Shown here: positions 35,491 to 47,415 of the stretch, one piece after another
Position numbering within the stretch: the first letter of the stretch is position 1
How the letters are laid out: every line of letters begins with the position of its first letter
Origin: Oopsacas minuta
Lineage: Eukaryota; Animalia; Porifera
Assembly: GCA_024704765.1 (NCBI GenBank)
Contig: JAKMXF010000336.1
Span: 62,001-126,000 of the forward strand
DNA: 64,000 nucleotides
Direction of reading: 5' to 3'
Position numbers and translations under genes: made by a program
Notes under the pieces: model-generated
The model's database searches: none
The model's input: only the letters and a program-made list of their open reading frames with translations
Told to the model about the DNA's origin: nothing

Positions 35491-35796
35491 AAAAAAAGGG
35501 AAAAAAGGGAAAAAAGGACAAATTGAAAAAAAAGGACAGGTTGTCCAAAAACAGAACTGTCCTTTGTAAAAAAGGACGTCTGGTCACCCTGCTCTTTCTT
35601 CAATATCCAGGTCCACCGTATATAGAAAATATCTAGGAGTCATGATTATTATATTGGATTGCCTATAGACAAAATCATGCCACTCTTATGGAAAAACTGA
35701 AAATGAAATATCTCAAAAGTTTCAATGGCCCCCTATGGACTGGGTGGCCCCCATTGTAGTCAATAATTTCGTGCGGCCCCACTTTGAGAACCCCTG
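35490..35796 (-). mobile_element. hAT-type terminal fragments truncating the rmlC-like 5' end
   Basis: The minus strand reads CAGGGTGACCAGACGTCC at 35591 and CAGGGGTTCTCAAAGTGGGG at 35796, both typical hAT TIR starts. Confidence 0.55.
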
Positions 35797-36923
35797 TTTT
35801 ACACAATGTGATTATTGTGAAATTCTTGAATTTCTTTAAACAATATCAACAACTCGCAGAGTCATGTAATTCAAATTGTTAATTGGTAAAGGGTGTTTAG
35901 GGGTAGTACAGTCTGTAGTAGCGTTTCGAGACTGTGTATTTGGGGGTGCGAATTAATATGGATTGACATTGAAATTTATTAATTGCAGTCTCGTTGGATT
36001 GATTCGCCCAAACTCATCTATCACTTCATTGATGTCTACATCAATATCTCTATGCAGGTGAAGAAGAGAAAGTCCAGTCAATCGTTACAAATAACCAAAC
36101 AGAAAGACAGATGGATAAATAATCATTGAGATTTCAGAATATAGATTGTTGTTTGTCTGTTTATTTGTCTGTTTTTTTATCCGTTGTCAAGGAAAGGATT
36201 TATAATATGCAATTTTGAAATTGTAGCATATTTTTCGTGTGTACAAAGGTAGTAATAAGAATTCAACAAAACTTCACTAAATATATCGAACATGCGGAAT
36301 CCGATTTTCACACTTTTGGATTCATCACATGTAAATGTATGTTGTTTTTATATACATATTTCAAAACTGGGGTCAAATGATACATTCAACGACTAAAGTG
36401 GTATACTCGAGTATGCTGAGTCTGAATATTGTAAACAACATCCATATTCGTAAATATGAATCGTTATTTGCCTATTTGTTTGTCCGTTGAATACCTCGAG
36501 GCGCCATAGGCCGAGTTCATCGCGAATCGACGAGCCAAAGGTTCGAATAAAGTCAAATTTACATTAGAAATTATAGGGTCCTGGAACGAATATTTAGACT
36601 AGGGCATTAGGGTCCTGGGATAAAATTTTGGCCTGGGACCTCTGGAACCTTGGGATCCCAGAAATATTGCTAGGACACTAGGATCTTGGGATTTGCTATC
36701 AAGACCCTAGGGTCCTGAGAAAACTTCTCTAAATACGAGAATGTCAGAGAATAGCAGAATATACTGTATTCTAGTTAAATTCATATAATTATATAAATTT
36801 GATATCTCTCTGTATAGGTCTCTGTATTGATTTGTATTTGTAGTTAGAGCTCATTACTTATAGTCAAATAGATAAGTTATATTATTTGAATTGTTTCATT
36901 ATTCTAGTTACAGAACTGAACTA

Positions 36924-37775
36924 ATGGCTACAGCTAATACTTTAGAGAGAATATTCTCTGTAGACTATAAGAGCAAGATACAACCTATAGTCAGTGGATG
37001 TAAACTGGGAAAGGGGTTAGAAAATCTCCGCGGACCTAGAGGAGTAACTATTGATAATTCTACTGCAGATATCTATATAGCAGATCACGAGAATAATTGT
37101 GTGAAAGTATTCGATTGTAATGGTAAGATTATGTTTAAATTTGGAGATGAGGAAGGAGAAGGGAAGATTAATGGTCCAATGGGGTTAGCAATATCTAGGG
37201 ATATAATTCTAATTACACAAAGAAATGACTGTATTCTGAATTATCAAGTGAATGGGAAGTTCATTTCTAGAATAGGGAAACTGGGGAGAGGAGATTTGGA
37301 ATTTGATTATCCTTGTGGTCTGACATTTGATGGATCTAACAGTGAGGTATACATATGTGATTGTAATAATCATCGTATTCAGATACTGTCCAAGGAACTT
37401 ACCTACAAGACACAGTTTGGACAAGATAACCTCTATTCTCCGGTTGATGTTAAGCTTACAAAAGAATTCATTTATATCCTTAATCAATCTAATCCTTGTC
37501 TTCATCTGTACAACTATAATCTTATTCTACATAAGAGTTGTTTTTCTGGAGGAAGTGGATTAGAGCTGATGAATCCATCTTTCTTCTATATTGACAATTC
37601 TAGCAATATTGTTATTACAGATTATTATTCTTGCTTTATTTATATTTTCGACTCTCAATTTGATTTAATACACAAGATATCTATGGCTTATCCTTCCGGT
37701 ATTACAATAGATAACAGAGGAAGAGTTATTGTAGTTTCTGCAGGAGGTAAACGACCTCCTTTAAATATATTTTGA
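36924..37775 (+). CDS. NHL beta-propeller protein, propeller-only copy 5
   Basis: Open ORF with six NHL repeats. Confidence 0.9.
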   Translation: MATANTLERIFSVDYKSKIQPIVSGCKLGKGLENLRGPRGVTIDNSTADIYIADHENNCVKVFDCNGKIMFKFGDEEGEGKINGPMGLAISRDIILITQRNDCILNYQVNGKFISRIGKLGRGDLEFDYPCGLTFDGSNSEVYICDCNNHRIQILSKELTYKTQFGQDNLYSPVDVKLTKEFIYILNQSNPCLHLYNYNLILHKSCFSGGSGLELMNPSFFYIDNSSNIVITDYYSCFIYIFDSQFDLIHKISMAYPSGITIDNRGRVIVVSAGGKRPPLNIF

Positions 37776-38300
37776 TAATTTTCTATTTTACAGTTTACTT
37801 AAACCCGTTTATGTTTCCTTTCTAGAATAACTCATTTGTTACACTTCATTAAAGCTAAGCTATTTCTTATAAAACTTGGTGAAAAGTTGGCTCCCGCGCC
37901 CATATTATGTATACAGCGGTTGCCATCAATTTATCTCAAGTTTGACTGTTCTAATGTACTATATTCGTAATATTCTCATGAGTTTTATCTCAAACGCACG
38001 ACTGAAGATGCTTTAAGGATTAACAATGTAATATTCATCTAATATTCCCGTATTTATCACAATGTAATACTTATCTTATTGTGAACTTAGTACAAGTTTA
38101 GCAGCCCAGGATATACCCAATAATTTTCACAAACCCATTTTTATCCTAGGTTGAAAGTCTGAGAGGATTAGTACTGATGTTCGAGATGACCACCATAATG
38201 ATTTTCCATGTTTCATTCTTAGAGCAAAATTTATGAAACAACTAATACATTCTTCAGAACAATATCTCCATTAATGACTTCCACGTATTCTGATGTACTA

Positions 38301-39605
38301 CGAGGGTCAGTCCAAAAGTTTTGTCGTACAAAGGTTCTATTTTGTCTTCATTCAAATAAATACAACACTATATACTTAGATATCTATAATGACTCTACTA
38401 TTAATTTGAGCTATATTCAACACTCATTTTCTGAGTAGCGCTATTTTATCCATAAGCCTTATACAGATTTATTATTCCTGAATGGAACTGGAAATAAGGT
38501 ATTTTAGAGTCATGATCTTTTATGACTTTATGTGTAAGATATCAGTGGAGCAGAGTCATGATAACTTGGTGAAAGCTTTCCAAGATCCAGTTCCATCTAA
38601 GCGTACAGTGGAGCGTTGGTATCTAGATTTTAGGAGGGAGAGAATGTCACTACAAGATGAGGCTAGGTCTGGGCGACTTTCAACCGCCGTCACTCCAGAG
38701 ACTATTGCTGCTGCCGAGACATTAATCAGAGAGGATAGCCGCATTAACTATGAGCAGTTTGCTGAGACCCTAAAGATCGGGAAAGCCGCCATCAATACTA
38801 TTCTACATGATTATCTTGGTGTCAGAAGGCTTTGTGGGGGCCGATGGATCCCTCATAATCTCTCTGAAATGCAATTTGAGCAAGGGTAGAATGGTGCAAG
38901 TTTATGCTCAAGAAATTTAAAGGTGGAGAGTCTAAACGACTTTACGACATACTAACATGTGATGAGACATGGATTTATCAGTACGATCCGGAAACAAAGC
39001 GGCAATCTTTAATCTGGGTATTTCCTGGCGAAGATCCCCCTGTTAAAGTTCGCCGGGCTCGCAGCGTTGGGAAGAAGATGGTGACTGCTTTTTTCTGTAA
39101 GACTGGCCCCAGTATCAATAATTCCTCTCGAGGATTATCGTATAGTCAATGCTGATTGGTACATTAACAATTGCCTACCCAAGGCTTCCGAAGCTGGAGT
39201 TCTCGTCGCCCTAAGACCGGTATCAGACGACTTCTCCTTCACCACGATAATGCATCTGCACACACAGCAGCCAAAACATTGGACTTCCTGGATGAAAATT
39301 CGGTCCAGTTGGTATCGCATTGACCTTATAGTCCAGATTTAGCTCCATGCGACCCTTTCTTGTTCCCAACAATCAAGGAAACATCCGTGGAATAGGGTTG
39401 AGAGTCCTGAAGAGGCTCGTCTGGCATTTGAAGAGGCCATTTGGAGCCTGCCAGAGGAAAAATGGCATAATTGTTTCGACAGTTAGTTTCATCGTATGCC
39501 ACTTTGCATAGATTGTTGTGGTCGTTACTTTGAGAAACTGTGAAAGTTTGATTACATTTGTTATTATATTTTTTGTGTACGACAAAACTTTTGGGCTGAC
39601 CCTCG
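38301..39605 (+). mobile_element. mariner (DD34D) transposon, full length, inactivated
   Basis: 30-bp TIRs CGAGGGTCAG[T/C]CCAAAAGTTTTGTCGTACA and TA TSD. WIPHNL, TCDETW, HHDNA and PYSPDLAPCD motifs with 34 residues between the second and third Asp. Frameshifts and a TGA stop are present. Confidence 0.92.
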
Positions 39606-39646
39606 TACCATATCAAATATTTCTAAACTAATAGTTTATTTAAAGT

Positions 39647-39880
39647 GCGAAACTTCGAAGCTAGAAAGTTCGCAATTCATGTTTTTGGAACTCATTGAAC
39701 TGGTAAAGCAGGATGCCTCAACTATCCTGGGTATTCTACCGAGTTGTACGGAGAGTTACGGAGTTAATAATATAGATTATCTTAGTCAACATTTATTCGG
39801 ATTTGCTTCTGATGGTACGAGCGTTATACTTGGCAGAAATAGAGGTGTAGGAACACAGTTTGCCATAAAATATCCATTAT
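39647..39880 (+). mobile_element. hAT transposase fragment (KIAA1586/ZNF862-like)
   Basis: FLELIELVKQDASTI...LFGFASDGTSVILGRNRGV; homologous to 63092-63700. Confidence 0.7.
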
Positions 39881-40973
39881 TAAGCATCGTATATTATACA
39901 TTTAGAAAAGAATACTATAAGTCTGTAATCATAAACAATATTGGCAAATGAATAAAAATATTTTTGTTTTTATGAATATAAAGTAAACAAATTAGCCAAA
40001 TTTCAAAATATACGTATAGGCTTGCTCTAAACGGCTAGATGGGGGTAACACAGTACGCTGAACAAGAATTTCGCATTTTCAAGTTTCTCATATGTAAATT
40101 TATTGTTGTTTTATAAATATAAAGTAAACAAAGTAGCCAAATTGAGGTAGAATTACACTTTCAACGACTCTACTGGGGTAATCAAGTATGTTAAGTCCGG
40201 ATATGGTATTGTAAACAACATTTATATTATTTAATCTCAATTGTTGTTTCTCATTGAAATGTAAATATACTGTTGTTTTTATGAATAGGATTGCTCTAAA
40301 TGGCTATCCAGGGGTAATTTAGTATGCTTAATAAGAATTTCTCATATGTAAATTTATTGTTGGTTTATGAATATTAAGGAAACAAATTCGTAAAATCTCA
40401 AAATTTTATCTACATATTTGCTCTCAACGGCTACAAGGGGGGTTGATCTTACAAAATAATCCAATAATATATGTGCCATATACGTATATTTGTGATTTCC
40501 ATTGTTCTAAATATATCTATATTAGAATACTCAAAGGGGCCGTCAATTTGGAGAATAATAGACACCTCAAGGTGGTGCAATGCGACGAGTTCATCGCGAA
40601 GCGAATAGCCAAAGGCTCGTCTAATGAAAAGCAGCGCGATTGCGCTCAACATTTGAAGACCGTTAAGCTGTGTGTATGATAGGCAATTCAAATATTCTCA
40701 ATTAAATATAATTAGTAAATTTTGACTCGTATTAATGCATTAGTGATAGTTAATAATTGATACTAGCTATATGATCAAACTTATCTCAGGTCGAAATAAC
40801 ATTATCTGATTTAAAACAGAAATATGCGGTAAAACACGTACCATTTTCAAACTTTGTTATTAAAAAACTAGTACTACTTCAATTCCTAAGTTTACCGCTC
40901 CGCTGGTAATTTATCCATGTTTTCATACAAAATATACAAATTTTGTAATGATGAACTTCATCGCTCATTACTC

Positions 40974-41130
40974 ACTCAGATGCAGAGGCTCTCGCGAAAC
41001 TTGACACCACTGCTGACAAAATTCGATTTAGAATAGTTGCTTCATGGTCAGGGTTAGGAGATCACGAAAAGACCTGTGAAATACTACAAAATATCATAAC
41101 AAATAATTCTGAATCTCTTCCAGACTTCAC
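40974..41130 (+). pseudogene. TPR-SET gene fragment
   Basis: Near-identical to 15845-16000 (LDTTADKI.FR..ASWSGLGDHEKTCEIL). Confidence 0.7.
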
Positions 41131-41543
41131 TAAAGTATTGAACAGAACCATACAATTAATACAAATAATGATATTACTCGGGGCTATAGGAAATCGGGTA
41201 TTTACTACAAATTGGTTATACTGATTTGATAAGAATTTTAACGATTATTGGTTATAATAGGATACTAGCGCGCTTCGCTTGCTAGGACGGATGTATTACT
41301 TGTGTAAATCATTAACCATCAATATTACAATTATTCGAGGCTGAATACACCAAAATATATTTGGTTAGTTTCTATAAGAAATCTAAGCCAAACCAATTTG
41401 TTTATGTCTCCACTGAATTTATTGTGGAATTACAATAGACATTCTATTATATTCAAATGAATTCAGTTATTGAATTAGTAAACTTTCTATATTTAAATAG
41501 AGTATTTACTAAATCTATTATATTCAGTTACAGAACTAATCTA

Positions 41544-42785
41544 ATGGCTACAGGGAATCTATCGGAGAGATATGATGGATATGATAACTTTGTGTTAGAA
41601 TTGAGTCGAGTGAGAGAGAAGATTAAATGTAAATTCACAGAATTATCTGATTGCTTGAAAGAAAGAGAACATGAATTATATTGTGAGTTAGATAAGATTC
41701 TAGCTTCTTATCATTCTTATAGAAAGGAAGTTGAAGAGGCGAATAAGAAGAAAGAAGCACTTGAGAAACACAAAGAATTTCTTGAAAATGAATTACTAGA
41801 TTCTTCTGTTAGGGAAATACATGAACCTTTTCTTAGACAAGTTGTTCAAAAGCTAAATTCTATTGAGACTCCTATTGAACCAAAAAGTGTGCATTTTGAA
41901 TGTGATGTTGGTAAACTGTTTGATGAAGTTAAGAAACTAGGCAAATTGGTGGAGAGAATATTCTCTGTAGATTATAAGAATAAGATACAACCTATAGTCA
42001 GTGTTTGTGAATGGGGTTATGGACTAGAAAATCTTAATGGGCCTCAAGGAGTGACAATTGATAATACTACAGGAAATATCTATGTTGCAGATTGTTTGAA
42101 TAATTGTGTGAAAGTACTCGATAATAATGGCAAGATTTTGTCGAAATTTGGAGATGAGAAAGGAGAAGGAAAGATGTATCGTCCAATGGGGTTAGCTATA
42201 TGTAGAGATAGAATCCTAATTACACATCAAAGCTGCATTCTCAATTATCAAGTTAATGGGAAGTTTATTTGTAGAATTGGGAAACCTGGGAAAGGAGATT
42301 TGGAATTTGATTATCCTCGTGGTCTGACATTTGATGAATCTAACGGAGAGGTATACATATGTGATTCTGATAATAATCGAATTCAGATACTGTCCCAGGA
42401 GCTTACTTACAAGACACAGTTTGGACAAGATAACCTCGAATCTCCTCTTGATGTTAAACTTACAAAAGAATTCATTTATATTCTTGATCGATCTAATCCT
42501 TGTCTTCATCTGTACGGCTATAATCTTATTCTAAATAAAAGTTTGATTTCCAGAGGAGATGGATTACAGCTGAATATTCCCAGGTCCTTCTATATTGACA
42601 ATTCTAACAATATTCTTATTACAAATCATTCTGTTGTCACTTCTGGCTCTATTTCTATATTCAACTCTCAATTTGATTTGATACACAAGATATATATAGC
42701 TTACCCTACCGGTATTACAGTAGCTAACAGAGGAAGAGTTATTGTAGTTTGTGCTAGAGGTGAACATCGTTTCAATATTTTTTGA
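41544..42785 (+). CDS. Coiled-coil plus NHL propeller protein (full-length, TRIM71/Brat-like C-terminal architecture)
   Basis: MATGNLSER, then about 130 aa of heptad-rich helix (LSRVREKIKCKFTELSDCLKEREHELYCELDKIL...), then the same six NHL repeats as the short copies. Confidence 0.9.
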   Translation: MATGNLSERYDGYDNFVLELSRVREKIKCKFTELSDCLKEREHELYCELDKILASYHSYRKEVEEANKKKEALEKHKEFLENELLDSSVREIHEPFLRQVVQKLNSIETPIEPKSVHFECDVGKLFDEVKKLGKLVERIFSVDYKNKIQPIVSVCEWGYGLENLNGPQGVTIDNTTGNIYVADCLNNCVKVLDNNGKILSKFGDEKGEGKMYRPMGLAICRDRILITHQSCILNYQVNGKFICRIGKPGKGDLEFDYPRGLTFDESNGEVYICDSDNNRIQILSQELTYKTQFGQDNLESPLDVKLTKEFIYILDRSNPCLHLYGYNLILNKSLISRGDGLQLNIPRSFYIDNSNNILITNHSVVTSGSISIFNSQFDLIHKIYIAYPTGITVANRGRVIVVCARGEHRFNIF

Positions 42786-43238
42786 TAATTTTTCTATTTT
42801 ATTAGTGTTCAGACCTTTGTTTATGTTTCCTTTTGAATAACTTTTTTTTACATTTGAATAAACTATTCTTTCCATATTATGTATTGTTCTTTGTTGTATT
42901 TCACCTCTTATAGAGGATGCCTTCATGTTATAACGACACCATAAGCCCGCACTATCCCTCGGTTTCTAGTTTCCCGATTAACGTCAAATTGCTATTCTAA
43001 AAACTCGATACGATATTCCACATAATTCAGATATCATTAGTTCCTCTCCTTGAGGGAGATACACATTAGTGTTTGGCCAAAATATGAAATGAGATGTGAG
43101 CGCTCCTCATTAAAGCTAAGCTATTTCTTATAGAAAGTTGGCTCACGCGCCCCTTTTATGTATACAGAGGTTGCCATCAATTTAAGTCAAGTTTGACTAC
43201 TGTACTATACTCGTATTATTCTCTTGAGTTTAGTTCAG

Positions 43239-43612
43239 ATGTCTAAACCTGAATCTGCTATAAAGCGTGCAGATGAGTTAATTGAAGTAGAGAATTACGA
43301 CGATGCTATAGAAGTTATATTCGATGTTCTCAGGAATAAACGTCACAGAGATAAAGTGAATGAACAGAGTTTAGTGACAATCAAATTCTGTTAGCTTTGT
43401 GTTGATCACGGGAAGACTACCTCTGCTAAAGATGGTCTCTATCAATTCCGAATTATCTGTTCTCAGAATTTGAATTTATTCCATTCTGTAGTGGAGAAAT
43501 TTCTGAATTTTTCAAATGATAAACTAGCTCTGATGCATAGCTCAGCACAGACTAGATCTGCTCAGGAAAATCTCTAATGTTAGATCTGGTCGAAATTGTA
43601 CCGTTTATGATG
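43239..43612 (+). pseudogene. EIF3A: eIF3a first coding exon, copy 5
   Basis: 18-nt deletion between two taaacctg repeats, TAG stop and GTGAGT donor. Confidence 0.8.
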
Positions 43613-44777
43613 GTGAGTTAATATCTATTTGTAACTAACAAGCTTCATTTACTTGGGTGGCGAGGCTATTGTGACTACGGGGACTAAGTCCCCGAAATTG
43701 AAATTCTCGCCCCTTCCCAATAATTCCGGACTATCAGTAATGAGCTGTTATTGTTTAGTTGCCATCCGCATTCGTGCCTCGGGTGGTATTGTTACGCACG
43801 ATATACAATATATAACAGTACTTGAGATAGCATATTACCTCGAATATTTATTCGCCCCCTGAAGCTCCTAGAATGAATGACTGCTTAAAATGAATCGTCA
43901 GTTCTCCTTTATTTTTATTTATTATTATTCAGATAAATACACATAATGCAAGTTCATAGGATTATATCGAAATTATCGTGTTTACAAAATTGAAACTTCC
44001 CTCTCAAGAGGGCTTGGAATATCTAATCGCCCCGGATATTATTCGAGGTAATATGATATTCATGGGATTCTGAATTCATTATCCATCGAATACTACAAAG
44101 TACAGAACTCTCATAAAATTCAACATCCATGGTTCTTCCTATATATTATATTAATATCCTCTGTAGCCCCTTCCCAATTTATGAGTATCGTAAACTGTGG
44201 CTACTTTGGCCCACTGGGTTTGCTTCAAGTAACACCATGGACACTCATATCGTAGTATTTTGAGGAGAGTATAGAATTCTGAGATTTAAGTACCTAACAC
44301 GAATTGTACCTGTGGTTCATTGTAATACTCAACTATCTATACACTGGAGATGTAATGTGGCTTACAAATTACAATATTTCACCTATATACAGTATACAAA
44401 GTGATGATTATTTACTTATTTTTGGTTTAGCAAAATGACTGAATAACATTTTATTGATTTTAATAAAGTAATTAGAGTTTCAGGAAGTGCGCAAGTAAAC
44501 ATGAAGCGTTACTATATTAAATGATCCATCGTTGTAAACATAAAACATCTCTTTCCCTCTAAACGAATTGTGTCTTAATTAAAGAATATTTCGGAACAAG
44601 ATATCAGAGTTTAATGAATTCCATACATAAAACTTATTTAAGTAACACAGAATCTCAGCTCACATTTATCACCAAATTCCAATGAACCATATACACAATT
44701 CGTGTTACATACTTAAATCTCAAATTCTATACTCTCCTCAAAATACTACGATATGAGTGTCCATGGTGTTACTTAAT

Positions 44778-45500
44778 CAGAGGCGTCGATCTTGGGGGGC
44801 AAGGGGGCTCTTGCCCCCCAATATTATTTATCATTATTAACTTTTTCAATTTATTCTATTGGAGTTATACTATTATTGCCAATAATTTGGCTTTGTATAT
44901 ATTTGAATTTCAAAGACATACAACAAATTATCCAGCTTTCTTCACTTTATGTAGAGCACCAATTTTCTATTATTAATTAAATTTGTTCGCTAGAGAGTTT
45001 TAGTATTTAATATTTGAGTGATTATTTTGTATTGGTTCATTCTAAAGTGCTCTCGTTTGGTTTCTTAGCACAATTGGCTACACAGCCTTCACTCTCCAAT
45101 ACCTATATTTCGTAATATATATTACTACAGAATCATGGTTACTTGTATTAGATTTCAATAGATGTATTCATTCATTCGTTGATGGCAAATATTTGGACAA
45201 CAGTACAGCTGATCTGCTTCCCAGCCCTAAGCGACCAAGAATTCTACAGAGCTCTCCTAACCAACCTAGAGATATAACTTTTCCAATCGATCCAATAATT
45301 CATAGAAAATTTTTACCAATATGGTTCGATAAATACCCATGGTTAGAATGGGATATTCATCTGAATGCAGCCTTTTACTTGCAGACAAGCATACTCAATT
45401 GATTCAATTCGTAGCAGCAAAAGCGAAGAAGCATTTTTTCTAAAGGCTTTAAGAATTGGAAAAAGCTTTAGAAATTTTAAGACTCATGAAATATTGTTTA
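44778..45500 (+). mobile_element. Truncated hAT element with a TTF-type zinc-finger start
   Basis: CAGAGGCGTCGATC end; RKFLPIWFDKYPWLEWD...NAAF resembles the ZnF-TTF of ZMYM1-like hAT transposases. Confidence 0.6.
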
Positions 45501-45589
45501 AAGAAGTTAAAGAATTTCAAGATAATCTCATTCCGTAAAACATTCAAATCTCCTCTATCGAATGATATTAATCTCGTGAATATTTGACA

Positions 45590-46323
45590 AGTGAAAGTGT
45601 GTCAAATTTGTGACTGAAGTAAATATGCAAAATATATCAAATATGCTGAATCAAATTTCACACATTCGAATTAAACATATCACGAAAATCTGACAAAATA
45701 AATTCTGAGTCAAAACTGACATATAATACTACTAACGTCTACAGGCATCATCCAACGCCCACAGTTTATAATCTGATTCCCCTCACGCTGGACATATGTC
45801 TCGTAACCTTCAGCCATATTCGTTGAGACAAAAGAATCATGTTCTCCTTTCAGAATCAAACTTGGCATTGAATTTTATCATAAACAATTCCTTCTCTCAA
45901 AAATCAGTAAATACATTCCTGTTAAAGTTAATCGGTTAGGGAAATGCATGCTTTTATTTGAATGTATACAGAAAAGTTTGCATATCTTCCTCAACTATTA
46001 AACTTCATACTCGTTCAGTTGTCCGCATAATTCACTGATGAAATTCGCTGCTGACTCCACACTCGTTCTAGGGAATTGGGTTCTAGGAACAAGATTGTTC
46101 CATAACTAGAAGCTACAACACTCTCAAACAGTAAAAGGCTCACCTTACCTCTGTATACCTAGTAGTTAGTTACGCGCCAGGAAGCTACTTAGCAGTGACG
46201 CCAGTACGAATGTCACACTTACCTTCTGATCATGATAATTGCTGGGATTATCTAAAGATTTATTGGTATAGGAGGATTAGTTAGTACTGCGAGACAGAAT
46301 AGTCGCGACAGATCTAATTCGCC
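45590..46323 (-). pseudogene. 5' exons of gene X upstream of NHL copy 7
   Basis: Clear gaag|GTAAGT...taactaac.tactAG| micro-exon |GTGAG...ttctAG| structure, then LWNNLVPRTQFP...; contains stops. Confidence 0.55.
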
Positions 46324-46545
46324 CTGAAATATACTTTTGTCTTTAACGAATAAATATATAAGAATGTCAGAGCATAGCAGGATATACTGTATTCTATTTG
46401 AATTCATTTATGATAGATATTTGATATCTTTCTGTATAGGTCTCTGTATTGATTTGTATTTATAGTTAGAGCTCATTACTTATAGTCAAATAGATAAGTT
46501 ATATTATTTGAATTGTTTCATTATTCTAGTTACAGAACTGAACTA

Positions 46546-47415
46546 ATGGCTACAGCTAACACTTTAGAGAGAAAATTCTCTGTAAACTATAAGAGCAAGA
46601 TGCGACCTATAGTCAGTGTTTATGAAAGGGGAAAGGGACTAGAAAATCTTTATAACCCAAATGGAGTGACTATTGATAATTCTACTGGAGATATCTATGT
46701 AGCAGATTGCTCAAAGAATTGTGTGAAAGTATTCGATTGTAATGGTAAGATTATGTTTAAATTTGGAGATGAGGAAGGAGAAGGGAAGATGAATTCTCCA
46801 ACCGGGTTAGCTATATGTAGAGATAGAATTCTTATTTCACAAAGAAACAACTGTATTTTGAATTATCAAGTGAATGGGAAGTTTATTTCTAAAATAGGGA
46901 AACCTGGGAAAAGAGAACTGGAATTTGATCATCCTCGTGGCCTGGCATTCGATGAATCTAACGGAGAGGTATACATATGCGATTCTAATAATCATCGTAT
47001 TCAGATACTGTCCCAGGAGCTTACCTACAAGACACAGTTTGGAAAAGGGAATCTCAAATCTCCTCGTGATGTTGAACTTACAAAAGAATTCATTTATATT
47101 CTTGATCGATCTGAACTTTGTCTTCATCTGTACAACTACAATCGTATTCTACATAAGAGTATTATCTCTACAGGATATGAATTACAGCTGAGGATTCCCA
47201 TATTCTTCTGTATTGACAATTCTAACAATATTCTTATTACAGATTGTTATTCTAGCTCCATTTCTATTTTCAATTCTCAACTTAATTTGATAGACAAGAT
47301 TTCATTAACTTCTCCTGCCGGTATTACAGTAGATAACAAAGGAAAAGTTATTGTAGTTTACAAATGGAGGTCTACATCGTCTCAATATGTTTTGAAAATG
47401 TCTCTATTTTGCTAG
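46546..47415 (+). CDS. NHL beta-propeller protein, copy 7 (frameshift in the last ~15 codons)
   Basis: Six NHL repeats; a +1 shift after VIVV replaces the normal tail. Confidence 0.85.
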   Translation: MATANTLERKFSVNYKSKMRPIVSVYERGKGLENLYNPNGVTIDNSTGDIYVADCSKNCVKVFDCNGKIMFKFGDEEGEGKMNSPTGLAICRDRILISQRNNCILNYQVNGKFISKIGKPGKRELEFDHPRGLAFDESNGEVYICDSNNHRIQILSQELTYKTQFGKGNLKSPRDVELTKEFIYILDRSELCLHLYNYNRILHKSIISTGYELQLRIPIFFCIDNSNNILITDCYSSSISIFNSQLNLIDKISLTSPAGITVDNKGKVIVVYKWRSTSSQYVLKMSLFC

